From the IMG/VR virus record IMGVR_UViG_3300035145_000697, positions 1 to 43,842 of that record: a stretch of DNA of 43,842 bases; one strand, written 5' to 3'. Shown one piece after another: positions 35,247 through 43,842 of the stretch (its first letter is position 1; the number at the start of each line of letters is the position of its first letter). Origin of the DNA: a virus (Duplodnaviria > Caudoviricetes). Below the pieces are notes generated by a model, which ran no database searches, had not been told where the DNA came from, and saw only the letters and a program-made list of their open reading frames with translations. The position numbers and the translations under genes were made by a program.

Positions 35247-35479
35247 CACATGTTCAACTGTTTGTCAGATCAGTAATGCAGACCCCCTGGTGCCTCGGCG
35301 TCATGGGGTTCTTTCTTGTATTCGTTCCCATCATTGGTATGCACCTTGTCCATAAATATGGTTGGGAACACTGGGAACCTTTTAGTAAACATGAACCTCA
35401 TACTGAGACCCCTGGAGAACACGAACGATCCAGTGTGGAGTGTGATAATATCGATCCTCCTTCTACTGGGGTGCGTTAG
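35243..35479 (+). CDS. Small membrane protein (HKYGWEHWEPF motif)
   Basis: ATGA coupling with the zwf stop; TM helix followed by a Trp/His motif. Confidence 0.65.
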   Translation: MTHVQLFVRSVMQTPWCLGVMGFFLVFVPIIGMHLVHKYGWEHWEPFSKHEPHTETPGEHERSSVECDNIDPPSTGVR

Positions 35480-35537
35480 TTATGTCATCTATATGATACT
35501 CACATATGATGATGAAGACACAATACATAAATCGTAG
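35391..35537 (+). CDS. Small membrane protein
   Basis: MNLILRPLENTNDPVWSVIISILLLL...: one TM segment and an acidic tail. Confidence 0.6.
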   Translation: MNLILRPLENTNDPVWSVIISILLLLGCVSYVIYMILTYDDEDTIHKS

Positions 35538-35598
35538 CTCATTGTTACACAATTTTCAACTACATACTCCTATAATAGATTGTAGCTGAGTAATACAT

Positions 35599-35820
35599 AT
35601 GCTTGGATTGTACCTCGTAACGATCATCATCCTTTGCTTATTTGCATATGGTGGTTACGAAAATACCATGCGACTGTTCGCTTATGCAGATCTACACTTG
35701 CGTTATGGGTGGGTTCGTTTTAGGATGTATCTCATGCGTCGTAAGTTAGAACAACAATTACTTAAAGACCTACCAGAATACAACAAACTCATTAAGGAGC
35801 TCAAGAAAGATGACCGATGA
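35599..35820 (+). CDS. Hypothetical membrane-anchored protein
   Basis: N-terminal TM, basic C-terminus; tiles the operon. Confidence 0.65.
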   Translation: MLGLYLVTIIILCLFAYGGYENTMRLFAYADLHLRYGWVRFRMYLMRRKLEQQLLKDLPEYNKLIKELKKDDR

Positions 35821-36109
35821 CCGACAGCTTTCTGATCTTAAACTGGATCGGAAAGAATGCGAGAAGTGCGGTGCAACCTGGATCAACGGACAGCATGTCT
35901 GGCGTGGCACAGGTAACACAGGAGACTCTAGCGAACTTGACTTAGCAGGACTTGTTTGCAATAAGTTAGGCAACCACCAATGTATCAATCCTATGAAAGG
36001 AAAGCAAGGTGGTCAGACCTGGGAATATCGTGCTGGATACATCGACGGCATGATTAGTGAAAAGAAAAAATCGATGGAAGATTTTAGAGACAAATTTGGT
36101 GACCTCTAA
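35810..36109 (+). CDS. Hypothetical protein with CxxC motif
   Basis: KECEKCGATWINGQHVW...LAGLVCN...CINP (four Cys); AAGGAG upstream. Confidence 0.7.
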   Translation: MTDDRQLSDLKLDRKECEKCGATWINGQHVWRGTGNTGDSSELDLAGLVCNKLGNHQCINPMKGKQGGQTWEYRAGYIDGMISEKKKSMEDFRDKFGDL

Positions 36110-36131
36110 ATACTAGTGTGGAACTAGTATT
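36105..36131 (+). promoter_or_regulatory. Late promoter TCTAAATA overlapped by a 9-bp hairpin before gp17
   Basis: CTAAATA at 36106-36112; inverted repeat AATACTAGT-GTGGA-ACTAGTATT at 36109-36131. Confidence 0.6.
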
Positions 36132-36136
36132 ATATT

Positions 36137-37783
36137 GTGTCTAGTAATGATGTTTACTTGGGGAACCCGAATCTAAAGAAAGCGGGAACCTCAATTAATT
36201 TTACAAAAAAGCAAATTGATGAATGGATCAAATGTAAAAATGATCCAATCTATTTTGCTATGAATTATATTAAGATCATCTCTCTGGATGAAGGTCTTGT
36301 ACCTTTTGACATGTATGATTTCCAGAAAGAGATCCTTCGTGACTTTCATAACAACAGATTTAACATTGCAAAACTTCCTAGACAGACTGGTAAGTCAACC
36401 ACTGTGGTTGCTTACCTGCTTTACTATGCTATCTTTTACGATAGTGTTAACATTGGTATTCTTGCTAACAAGGCTTCTACCGCCAGGGAACTACTGGGTA
36501 GGTTACAGTTAGCATACGAGAACTTGCCCAAGTGGATGCAGCATGGTATCCTTGTATGGAATAAAGGTAATGTCGAACTTGAAAACGGATCAAAAATTCT
36601 GGCTGCTTCTACATCTGCAAGTGCTGTCCGAGGCATGTCGTTCAATATCCTCTTCCTCGATGAATTTGCGTTCGTTCCAAACCATGTTGCAGAGCAATTC
36701 TTTGCCTCTGTTTATCCTACTATTACGTCTGGTAAATCAACGAAAGTCATAATCATCTCCACGCCTAATGGCATGAATCACTTCTACAAAATGTGGGAGG
36801 ATGCTAGAAGAAACAAGAATGATTATATCACAAACGAAGTACACTGGTCGCAGGTCCCTGGAAGGGATGCCAAGTGGAAAGAAGAAACAATTAAAAACAC
36901 ATCACCAAGACAGTTCGCACAGGAATTTGAGTGTGACTTCCTTGGTTCTGCTGACACATTAATCAGTCCATCGAAACTACAGACTATACCGTTCCACGAT
37001 CCAATAGCTAGCAATGCAGGACTTGATATCTACGAAAGAGCACAAGAGGGTAACGAATATATTATTACTGTTGATGTTGCCAGAGGTATCGGTGGTGACT
37101 ACAGTGCTTTCGTCGTGTTTGACATTACCACTGTTCCGTATAAAATCGTTGCGAAGTTCAGAGATAATGAAATCAAACCTGTCATGTTTCCCTCGGTAAT
37201 CTTCAAGGTTGCCAAGCAGTATAACATGCCATACATCCTAGTAGAGGTAAACGACATTGGCGATAGTATTGCTGCTACTCTTAACTACGATTTGGAATAT
37301 CCTAATGTTCTTATGTGCGCTATGCGCGGTAGGGCAGGACAAGTCGTCGGACAAGGATTCTCAGGAAACAAAACACAATTAGGTGTTAAGATGAGTGTGA
37401 CCGTCAAGAAGATTGGTTGTGCTAACTTGAAAGCAATCGTTGAAGAAGACAAGTTACTATTCAATGACTTCCAGATCTTCCAAGAGCTAACTACATTTGT
37501 GCAGAAGAAACAAGCGTGGGAAGCAGACGAAGGATACCATGATGACTTAGTTATGTGCATGGTATTATTTGCATGGTTAGTCATGCAAGAATACTTTAAA
37601 GAGATGACCGACCAGGACATCCGTAGGAGAATTTATGAAGAACAAAGAAATCAAATTGAACAAGATATGGCTCCTTTTGGGTTTGTTGATGACGGCTTGG
37701 GTGACGATACCTTCGTGGATGACGACGGAACTGTGTGGTACGGCACAACTCAGGAAGAAGTATCCTATATGTGGAACTACTGA
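36137..37783 (+). CDS. gp17: Terminase large subunit gp17
   Basis: YLGNPNLK, PRQTGKST (Walker A), LDEFAF (Walker B), STPNG, DVARG.GGDYS, HDDLVM. GTG start. Confidence 0.97.
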   Translation: MSSNDVYLGNPNLKKAGTSINFTKKQIDEWIKCKNDPIYFAMNYIKIISLDEGLVPFDMYDFQKEILRDFHNNRFNIAKLPRQTGKSTTVVAYLLYYAIFYDSVNIGILANKASTARELLGRLQLAYENLPKWMQHGILVWNKGNVELENGSKILAASTSASAVRGMSFNILFLDEFAFVPNHVAEQFFASVYPTITSGKSTKVIIISTPNGMNHFYKMWEDARRNKNDYITNEVHWSQVPGRDAKWKEETIKNTSPRQFAQEFECDFLGSADTLISPSKLQTIPFHDPIASNAGLDIYERAQEGNEYIITVDVARGIGGDYSAFVVFDITTVPYKIVAKFRDNEIKPVMFPSVIFKVAKQYNMPYILVEVNDIGDSIAATLNYDLEYPNVLMCAMRGRAGQVVGQGFSGNKTQLGVKMSVTVKKIGCANLKAIVEEDKLLFNDFQIFQELTTFVQKKQAWEADEGYHDDLVMCMVLFAWLVMQEYFKEMTDQDIRRRIYEEQRNQIEQDMAPFGFVDDGLGDDTFVDDDGTVWYGTTQEEVSYMWNY

Positions 37784-38007
37784 TGGATATTGGGGATCAG
37801 TTCAGTCTGGAACACCTTCTTTTTACAGAGAGAAAATGTAGGACATGTGGGAAAACCAAAGATCTCCTTACAGACTATTATTTGATTCGTAAACATAAAA
37901 AGAATATGCGATCTGCATATTCATATGAATGTAAGGAGTGTACTAAGAAAAGAATTTTAAGTAAGAGAAAGTCTGACACTGCAAAGTGGGAGTATCCTGA
38001 CTGGTAG
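37783..38007 (+). CDS. Small zinc-finger-like protein (two CxxC)
   Basis: CRTC...CKEC, basic; ATG 37783 overlaps the gp17 TGA. Confidence 0.7.
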   Translation: MDIGDQFSLEHLLFTERKCRTCGKTKDLLTDYYLIRKHKKNMRSAYSYECKECTKKRILSKRKSDTAKWEYPDW

Positions 38008-38047
38008 TATGTTCATGCATTGTTTCCCCTCTGAAAATACTCCTATT

Positions 38048-38055
38048 CATAAATA
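38048..38055 (+). promoter_or_regulatory. Late promoter CATAAATA
   Basis: NATAAATA before gp18, followed by an AGGAG RBS. Confidence 0.8.
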
Positions 38056-38092
38056 TTTTTAGATTAATTGGACATTCAATAGGAGTCTAAAC

Positions 38093-40489
38093 ATGGCAAG
38101 TCAAATCTCGCCTGGTGTTGTTCTAAGAGAACGAGACCTGTCGAATGCAGTAATTGTCAATACATCTAGTATTACTGGTGCATTCGCCTCCACATTCCAG
38201 AAAGGACCAATTGGTGAAGTTGTAAACATCGCTTCCCAAAAGGATCTACTCACAGTATTCGGTAAGCCTTCTGATGCTAACGCAGAAGATTGGTTTGTTG
38301 CATCTGAGTTCCTAGGATATGGCGGTCAACTCGCTGTCGTTAGAGCAGAGACAGGTGCTCTAAACGCAACTGATGATGGGGCTGGTGTCCTAGTCAGAAA
38401 CGAGGCAGATTGGGAAGGCGGCACAGGCACATCTAAAAAGTTTGTAGGACGCTCTGCAGGCACATGGGGTTCTGCTCTGAAGGTTGTTGTAGTTGACGCT
38501 GGTGCTGATCAGTATGTCACCTTCGGTGCTGCTCCTGCTGGTATTGCAGTTGATAGTCAACTGACATTCGTTGGTGGTGCAACTGGTAGAGTTCTCAGCT
38601 ATGACGCTGCTACTCTAACCGCTGCAGTTGCTCTCGATGGTACAACTAGACTCACAACCGCTGATCAACTAGACATTCCTGACACTGGTATCGCAGCAAG
38701 CACCACGACTCTAGTCGGTGGTACTGGATACCAAGCAGCATCCGCTGCTGCTACCACTGGTGGTTCTGGATCTGGTCTAACTGTTGATGTTGCAGTTGCA
38801 GTTGGTGTTCCTCAAACAATTACACTAGCATCTGGCGGTGCATCTTATGCAACGGGTGCTAACATCGCTACCACAGGTGGTACTGGTTCTGGTTTGACAG
38901 TTGATGTTGTTGTTACAACTGGTGTTGTCACATCTGTCGTACTCAACTCACCTGGAACTGGATACACAGTCGGAGATACAGTCTCTATTGCTGGTGGTAA
39001 CAGCGGTGCAACATTTACTGTTGACACTGTAGAGGGTGCAGTTACTGGAGTAACAATCGTTGCTGGTGGTACTGGATACCTAGTTGGTGATACTGTAACC
39101 GTTTCTGGTGGCGGTGCTGACGCAACCTTCGATGTTGCTTCTGTTACTGACACTCAGATTGCAATTTCTGCAGTTTCTGACTGGTATACAAACACCGAAA
39201 TTGCTGGTACTGGATTGAAACTATCCGCTATCGGTCCTCGTCCTGGAACATCTGGTTTCGCTGCTGCTAATAACATCAGCAAAGACGAAGTTCATGTGGC
39301 AGTTATCGATATGACTGGCGCTGTTAGCGGTGCTGCTTTCACAGTCGTAGAGCGTCTAACTTATCTTTCTAAGTTGTCTGACGCAAAAACTTCTGAAGGT
39401 GCTAACGCTTACTTCAAGTCTGTTCTAAATGAGCAGTCTGAGTATGTCTTCCATGGTGCAGGACTAACTCCTCTAACTACTGGTGCTGGTTGGTACTCTG
39501 GATCTGATTCTACTAACGGTGCTATGGCACTTGGTGGTGCTTTGGAAACAAGTCTATCTGGTGGTACTGACGACTACGCATACACTGCTGGTGAAATTTC
39601 TGCTGCATACGACGAGTTCGCTGATGTTGAGAATGTCCGTGCTGACTTCATCCTAATGGGTGGATCTGGTGCTGACGAAGATGACACTAAAGTCAAGGCA
39701 CTCAAGGCAATTGCAATTGCTGCAGGTCGCAGAGACTCCATTGCTTTCGTTTCTCCTTTCAGAGGAAACCAAATCGGTAGTGCTGGTGCTCTAAACAAAG
39801 TACAGCAGAAAGAGAAGACTCTAGCATTCTTTGCTGGTATGACTTCTACTTCTTATGCAGTATTTGATAGTGGTTACAAGTACATGTATGACCGCTTCAA
39901 TGACAAGTATCGCTACATTCCTTGCAACGGTGATGTTGCTGGTCTATGCGTATCTACCTCTACTGCCCTAGATGATTGGTTCTCTCCTGCTGGTTTGTCC
40001 AGAGGTGGTATTCGCAACGCTGTGAAGCTTGCTTATTCTCCAACTAAGGCAGACAGAGACGAACTCTATAGTGCAAGAATCAATCCAATTGTTTCTGTTA
40101 GCGGCAGTGGCATCGTTCTTTACGGTGACAAGACTGCACTTGCATCTCCATCCGCATTCGACAGAATCAATGTTCGTCGCCTCTTCCTCAACATTGAGAA
40201 GAGAGTTGAAGGACTTGCTAAGGGAGTTCTATTTGAACTCAATGATGACCTGACTCGTTCCAACTTCTCCTCTGCAGTTAATGCATATCTGAGTGAAGTT
40301 CAGGCAAGACAAGGACTCCAGGATTATCTGGTTGTCTGCGATACTTCCAACAACACTCCTGATGTCATTGATCGCAACGAATTTGTTGCTGAACTATTCT
40401 TGAAACCAACACGCTCTATCAACTATGTTACTGTAACATTTACAGCAACTAGAACTGGCGTTTCCTTCCAAGAAGTAGTCGGACGCTGA
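38093..40489 (+). CDS. gp18: Tail sheath protein gp18
   Basis: SPGV..RE.D, FQKGP, WFSPAG..RG, RDELY..RINPI, GDKT, FDRINVRRLF, KP.RSINY motifs. Confidence 0.96.
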   Translation: MASQISPGVVLRERDLSNAVIVNTSSITGAFASTFQKGPIGEVVNIASQKDLLTVFGKPSDANAEDWFVASEFLGYGGQLAVVRAETGALNATDDGAGVLVRNEADWEGGTGTSKKFVGRSAGTWGSALKVVVVDAGADQYVTFGAAPAGIAVDSQLTFVGGATGRVLSYDAATLTAAVALDGTTRLTTADQLDIPDTGIAASTTTLVGGTGYQAASAAATTGGSGSGLTVDVAVAVGVPQTITLASGGASYATGANIATTGGTGSGLTVDVVVTTGVVTSVVLNSPGTGYTVGDTVSIAGGNSGATFTVDTVEGAVTGVTIVAGGTGYLVGDTVTVSGGGADATFDVASVTDTQIAISAVSDWYTNTEIAGTGLKLSAIGPRPGTSGFAAANNISKDEVHVAVIDMTGAVSGAAFTVVERLTYLSKLSDAKTSEGANAYFKSVLNEQSEYVFHGAGLTPLTTGAGWYSGSDSTNGAMALGGALETSLSGGTDDYAYTAGEISAAYDEFADVENVRADFILMGGSGADEDDTKVKALKAIAIAAGRRDSIAFVSPFRGNQIGSAGALNKVQQKEKTLAFFAGMTSTSYAVFDSGYKYMYDRFNDKYRYIPCNGDVAGLCVSTSTALDDWFSPAGLSRGGIRNAVKLAYSPTKADRDELYSARINPIVSVSGSGIVLYGDKTALASPSAFDRINVRRLFLNIEKRVEGLAKGVLFELNDDLTRSNFSSAVNAYLSEVQARQGLQDYLVVCDTSNNTPDVIDRNEFVAELFLKPTRSINYVTVTFTATRTGVSFQEVVGR

Positions 40490-40504
40490 TTATAACATCG
40501 TTAC

Positions 40505-40512
40505 AATAAATA
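40505..40512 (+). promoter_or_regulatory. Late promoter AATAAATA
   Basis: Intergenic before gp19. Confidence 0.8.
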
Positions 40513-40534
40513 AGCTCTAAGAGGTTAAAAACAA

Positions 40535-41110
40535 ATGGCAATTTCAAGTAACGTCGAAGGTTTCCTACAGAAGGTAGCGTCTGGCGTAAGACCAAATATG
40601 TTCGAGGTGGAGATTAACTTCCCCACCGATGTTGGTGCCGATACTGGTCTGACTAACATTCTATGTAAGTCAGCAGCACTTCCTGCTTCCAGCGTTGGAA
40701 CTATTGAAGTTCCTTTCCGTGGAAGAACAGTTAAGATTGCTGGAGACAGAACATTCGATAACTGGACCGCAACCTTTATCAACGATAAAGACATGAAGGT
40801 TCGTCAATACTTCGAGAAGTGGTTGAACTTAATCAACTCTCACGAAGGTAACACTGCAGAAGCATTTAGTCCTACTGCTACTGGTAAGTACACTGCTCAG
40901 TTGTATGTGTCTCAACTTGCTAAAGATGCATCTGAGAATGGCGATACCCTCAGAAAGTATCAACTCTGGTATGCATTCCCAACTAGTGTTTCTCAAATTG
41001 ATCTTGCTTATGACAGCAATGATCAGATCGAGGAATTCTCAGTTGAATTCCAATACTCCTACTGGACCGTTGAGTCTAGTGGAGCGGAAGGCGGAATCGC
41101 TATTCCTTGA
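40535..41110 (+). CDS. gp19: Tail tube protein gp19
   Basis: RPNMFEV, LPAS, PFRGR.VKIAGDRTF..W, IEEF.V.F.Y.YW motifs. Confidence 0.96.
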   Translation: MAISSNVEGFLQKVASGVRPNMFEVEINFPTDVGADTGLTNILCKSAALPASSVGTIEVPFRGRTVKIAGDRTFDNWTATFINDKDMKVRQYFEKWLNLINSHEGNTAEAFSPTATGKYTAQLYVSQLAKDASENGDTLRKYQLWYAFPTSVSQIDLAYDSNDQIEEFSVEFQYSYWTVESSGAEGGIAIP

Positions 41111-41113
41111 TCG

Positions 41114-41121
41114 ACTAAATA
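41114..41121 (+). promoter_or_regulatory. Late promoter variant ACTAAATA
   Basis: Intergenic before gp20. Confidence 0.65.
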
Positions 41122-41149
41122 GACTTACGAGTCATTTTAGTTTTTAGTA

Positions 41150-42844
41150 ATGAGTCAGTTATTTGGTTTTCAAATTAACAGAAAGGAGGGAAAGAAGGGT
41201 GCGTCCCCTGTCCCTCCTTCTGCTGACGAGCCCGTTGCAGTTGCTGCAGGGGGCTATTTTGGTACTTATGTAGATCTTGATAACAATGGTCGCGATGAGT
41301 TTGAACTCATTCGCCGCTATCGTGACATGGCACTACATCCAGAAGTTGACAGTGCTGTTGATGAAGTAGTAAACGAATTCGTTGTTAACGATAACAACGA
41401 TAGTTGTGTAGATATCAATCTAGAGAATCTAGAACTTGGTGCTGGTGTAAAGAAAAAGATCCGCGAGGAGTTTGGTTACATCAAGCGTCTACTCAACTTT
41501 GATGATCGCGCACATGAGATCATCAGAAATTGGTATGTCGATGGTAGAATTTTCTATCATAAAGTAATTGATCTAGAGGCACCGAAGAAAGGTATCCTTG
41601 AATTAAGATACATCGATCCTCTAAAGATTAAAAAGATTCGCCAGAAAACAAAGCAACAGAAATCCCTAACACCTGCAGAAGCACAGTCTGCAAAAGGCAT
41701 GGACTGGGGTGGTTATATTGATTACTATCTGTACAATCCACGCGGATACATTCGCGGTGGTGCCCTTGGTCCTGTTGGAGATATGTCCAACAATCAAGGA
41801 ATCAAGATGGCAACAGACTCCATCACATTCTGTTCATCTGGTCTCCAAGATTTAAACAAGAGACTTACTCTAAGTTTCTTGCATAAAGCAATCAAGTCTC
41901 TCAATCAACTTAGAATGATTGAAGATGCTTTGGTTATCTATCGTTTGTCTCGCGCACCTGAGCGTAGAATTTTCTACATTGATGTTGGTAATCTACCAAA
42001 GGTAAAAGCGGAACAATACTTGCGTGATGTCATGGCACGCTATCGTAATAAACTAGTGTATGACGCTAGCACTGGTGAGATTCGTGACGACAAAAAGCAT
42101 ATGAGTATGCTTGAGGATTTCTGGTTGCCTCGTAGAGAGGGTGGTCGTGGAACTGAGATTACCACGCTGCCTGGAGGACAGAACCTTGGCGAACTCAAGG
42201 ATGTTGAGTATTTTAAAAAGAAACTTTATAACTCTCTCAACCTTCCTCCTTCTAGACTCACCGACGATAATAAAGGATTCAATCTTGGTAAGACAACTGA
42301 AGTCCTCCGTGACGAACTTAAGTTCACGAAGTTCATCGGTCGTCTCCGTAAGCGATTCAGCGAACTCTTCCACGATATTCTCAAAACTCAGCTCATCCTC
42401 AAGGGAGTAATCTCTCCTGAAGATTGGGATGACATGAAGGATCATATTCAATATGATTACCTCTTCGACAATCATTTCAATGAGCTGAAAGAACTTGAGA
42501 TGACTACTCAGCGTATGAATCTAGTCACTCAAATGGATCCTTTCGTTGGAAAGTATTTCTCTATCGAACATATCCGCAGAGAAATTCTACAGCAGAAGGA
42601 GACTGAGTACAAAGAAATTGATAAGCAGATGAAGGGTGAGATCGATAACGGTCTCGTTATGTCACCTGCTGATATGAATACCTTTGATACGATGGATCGC
42701 CAGAATGCTGCATTTGCTCCAGAGATTCAGCAACAGCAAGCAGATGATGCTGCTGCTCGTGAGCAGGAAAAAGCAGACGACGCACATAAGAAACAGTTGC
42801 AAATGCAGAAGTCCGCGCCTAAACCATCCCCAAATACTAAATAA
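41150..42844 (+). CDS. gp20: Portal vertex protein gp20
   Basis: WYVDGR, YRLSRAPERRIFYIDVGNLPK.KAEQY, EDFWLPRREGGRGTEI.TLPGGQNLG motifs. Confidence 0.97.
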   Translation: MSQLFGFQINRKEGKKGASPVPPSADEPVAVAAGGYFGTYVDLDNNGRDEFELIRRYRDMALHPEVDSAVDEVVNEFVVNDNNDSCVDINLENLELGAGVKKKIREEFGYIKRLLNFDDRAHEIIRNWYVDGRIFYHKVIDLEAPKKGILELRYIDPLKIKKIRQKTKQQKSLTPAEAQSAKGMDWGGYIDYYLYNPRGYIRGGALGPVGDMSNNQGIKMATDSITFCSSGLQDLNKRLTLSFLHKAIKSLNQLRMIEDALVIYRLSRAPERRIFYIDVGNLPKVKAEQYLRDVMARYRNKLVYDASTGEIRDDKKHMSMLEDFWLPRREGGRGTEITTLPGGQNLGELKDVEYFKKKLYNSLNLPPSRLTDDNKGFNLGKTTEVLRDELKFTKFIGRLRKRFSELFHDILKTQLILKGVISPEDWDDMKDHIQYDYLFDNHFNELKELEMTTQRMNLVTQMDPFVGKYFSIEHIRREILQQKETEYKEIDKQMKGEIDNGLVMSPADMNTFDTMDRQNAAFAPEIQQQQADDAAAREQEKADDAHKKQLQMQKSAPKPSPNTK

Positions 42845-42864
42845 ATTTATAGTGTAATCTTAAC

Positions 42865-43077
42865 ATGGCAGACCAATCAAACCCTGAGTCTGAATTTGTG
42901 AACATCGTGAACGCAATTTCAGATAATAAAAGAGCAGAGGCGATCGATGCTATACACGATATGTTGTATGCAAAAGCATCGGACGCTATGACTTCATACA
43001 AAGGAGTTGTGGCAAAGTCTTTCTTTGATGAACCAGTAGGAGATACTCCAAATGAAACTGATAACGGAACAGATTGA
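42865..43077 (+). CDS. Small acidic protein at the gp67/gp68 (prohead core) position
   Basis: Between gp20 and gp21; ACTAAATA at 42836-42843 upstream. Confidence 0.6.
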   Translation: MADQSNPESEFVNIVNAISDNKRAEAIDAIHDMLYAKASDAMTSYKGVVAKSFFDEPVGDTPNETDNGTD

Positions 43078-43696
43078 AGATGTAAAAATTATCACCGAGG
43101 GAACTGGTGATAGTAAGAAGCTTTATATTGAAGGCGTTTTTCTTCAGTCCGAATTGAGAAATCGTAATGGAAGAGTGTATCCATTTGCGGTTCTTGAGAA
43201 AGAAGTCAATCGCTACAACGAAGAGTATGTAAAAACAAATCGTGCTCTTGGTGAACTAGGTCATCCAGACGGTCCATCCGTCAACTTGGATAGAGTGTCT
43301 CATAGAATTACTTCTCTCAAAGCAGAGGGAAATAACTTTATGGGTAAGGCACAAATCCTTGGCACACCTATGGGTAAGATTGCTGAGTCTCTCCTCGGGG
43401 AGGGTGTACAACTCGGCGTATCTTCCAGAGGCATGGGTAGCATCGACAAGCGTGAAGATGCTAACTATGTAATGGATGATTTCATGCTTGCAACTGCAGC
43501 GGACATCGTTGCAGACCCATCCGCACCTGATGCTTTCGTCAATGGAATCATGGAAGGTAAAGAGTGGGTCTGGGATAACGGTATCCTTAAAGAATCTAAA
43601 GTTGCTAAATACCACAGGTACATGAGCGAGTCTACTCGCCAGTCTTTAGAGGAAAGAACGCTTAAAGTGTTCGAGGATTTCCTTGGTAGACTGTAA
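43052..43696 (+). CDS. gp21: Prohead protease gp21
   Basis: MKLITE, NRNGRVYP, GELGHP, GVSSRG.GS, DIVADPSAPDAFV motifs. Confidence 0.96.
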   Translation: MKLITEQIEDVKIITEGTGDSKKLYIEGVFLQSELRNRNGRVYPFAVLEKEVNRYNEEYVKTNRALGELGHPDGPSVNLDRVSHRITSLKAEGNNFMGKAQILGTPMGKIAESLLGEGVQLGVSSRGMGSIDKREDANYVMDDFMLATAADIVADPSAPDAFVNGIMEGKEWVWDNGILKESKVAKYHRYMSESTRQSLEERTLKVFEDFLGRL

Positions 43697-43698
43697 TT

Positions 43699-43706
43699 CA
43701 TAAATA
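43699..43706 (+). promoter_or_regulatory. Late promoter CATAAATA
   Basis: Intergenic after gp21. Confidence 0.8.
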
Positions 43707-43741
43707 AAGATATAATCATAACATTTACGGGAAGACTCAAA

Positions 43742-43842
43742 ATGTCAGATATGTTAAACGAAAAGTTTGAGGAGTTTCTGGGCGAGCAGCAGGTCGTTAT
43801 GGAAGCGGGAGCACAGGATCCCATGCCTAGTGTTACTGCCAC
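43742..43842 (+). CDS. gp22: Prohead core scaffold gp22, N-terminus (3'-truncated)
   Basis: ATG 43742 (MSDMLNEKFEEFLGEQ...) open to the window end; synteny after gp21 and a late promoter. Confidence 0.65.
   Translation, partial: MSDMLNEKFEEFLGEQQVVMEAGAQDPMPSVTA

Noticed and set aside
36137-42844. Introns or inteins in gp17, gp18 or gp20
   Set aside because: The ORFs are continuous and show no splicing motifs; the gp18 insertion is a structural repeat.
1-43842. Stop-codon reassignment / alternative genetic code
   Set aside because: TAA, TGA and TAG all end recognisable genes at expected positions (e.g. gp21 TAA, gp18 TGA, ndhP TAG), and core genes are uninterrupted.
1-43842. tRNA or rRNA genes
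   Set aside because: Intergenic gaps are short and none shows a cloverleaf or T-loop signature.

Overview
A 43.8-kb segment of a T4-like marine cyanophage (cyanomyovirus) genome, almost entirely + strand. In order: (1) the 3' part of a very large repetitive virion/fibre gene; (2) tail-fibre/virion structural genes, including three paralogous Gly/Cys-rich proteins and a probable tail-fibre chaperone; (3) a ~9-kb enzyme cluster inside the structural region: GT9-like heptosyltransferase, two NodU/CmcH carbamoyltransferases, three 2OG-Fe(II) oxygenases and an ADP-heptose pathway (HldC-, HldA-, HAD phosphatase-, cupin isomerase- and HldD-like genes); (4) two more virion proteins and the core genes gp13-gp16; (5) the gp16-gp17 auxiliary metabolic island (petE, ptoX, gnd, an ndhP-like gene missed by the ORF track, zwf, small membrane proteins); (6) gp17-gp21 and the start of gp22. 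Many T4-type late promoters (NATAAATA/NCTAAATA) precede structural genes. The most unusual signal is in the first gene: nt 1-1936 contain no TAA/TAG/TGA triplet in any + frame, only three occur before nt 2931, and the protein has no Met over its last 1116 residues. Product calls come from motif recognition and gene order only; no database searches were run.
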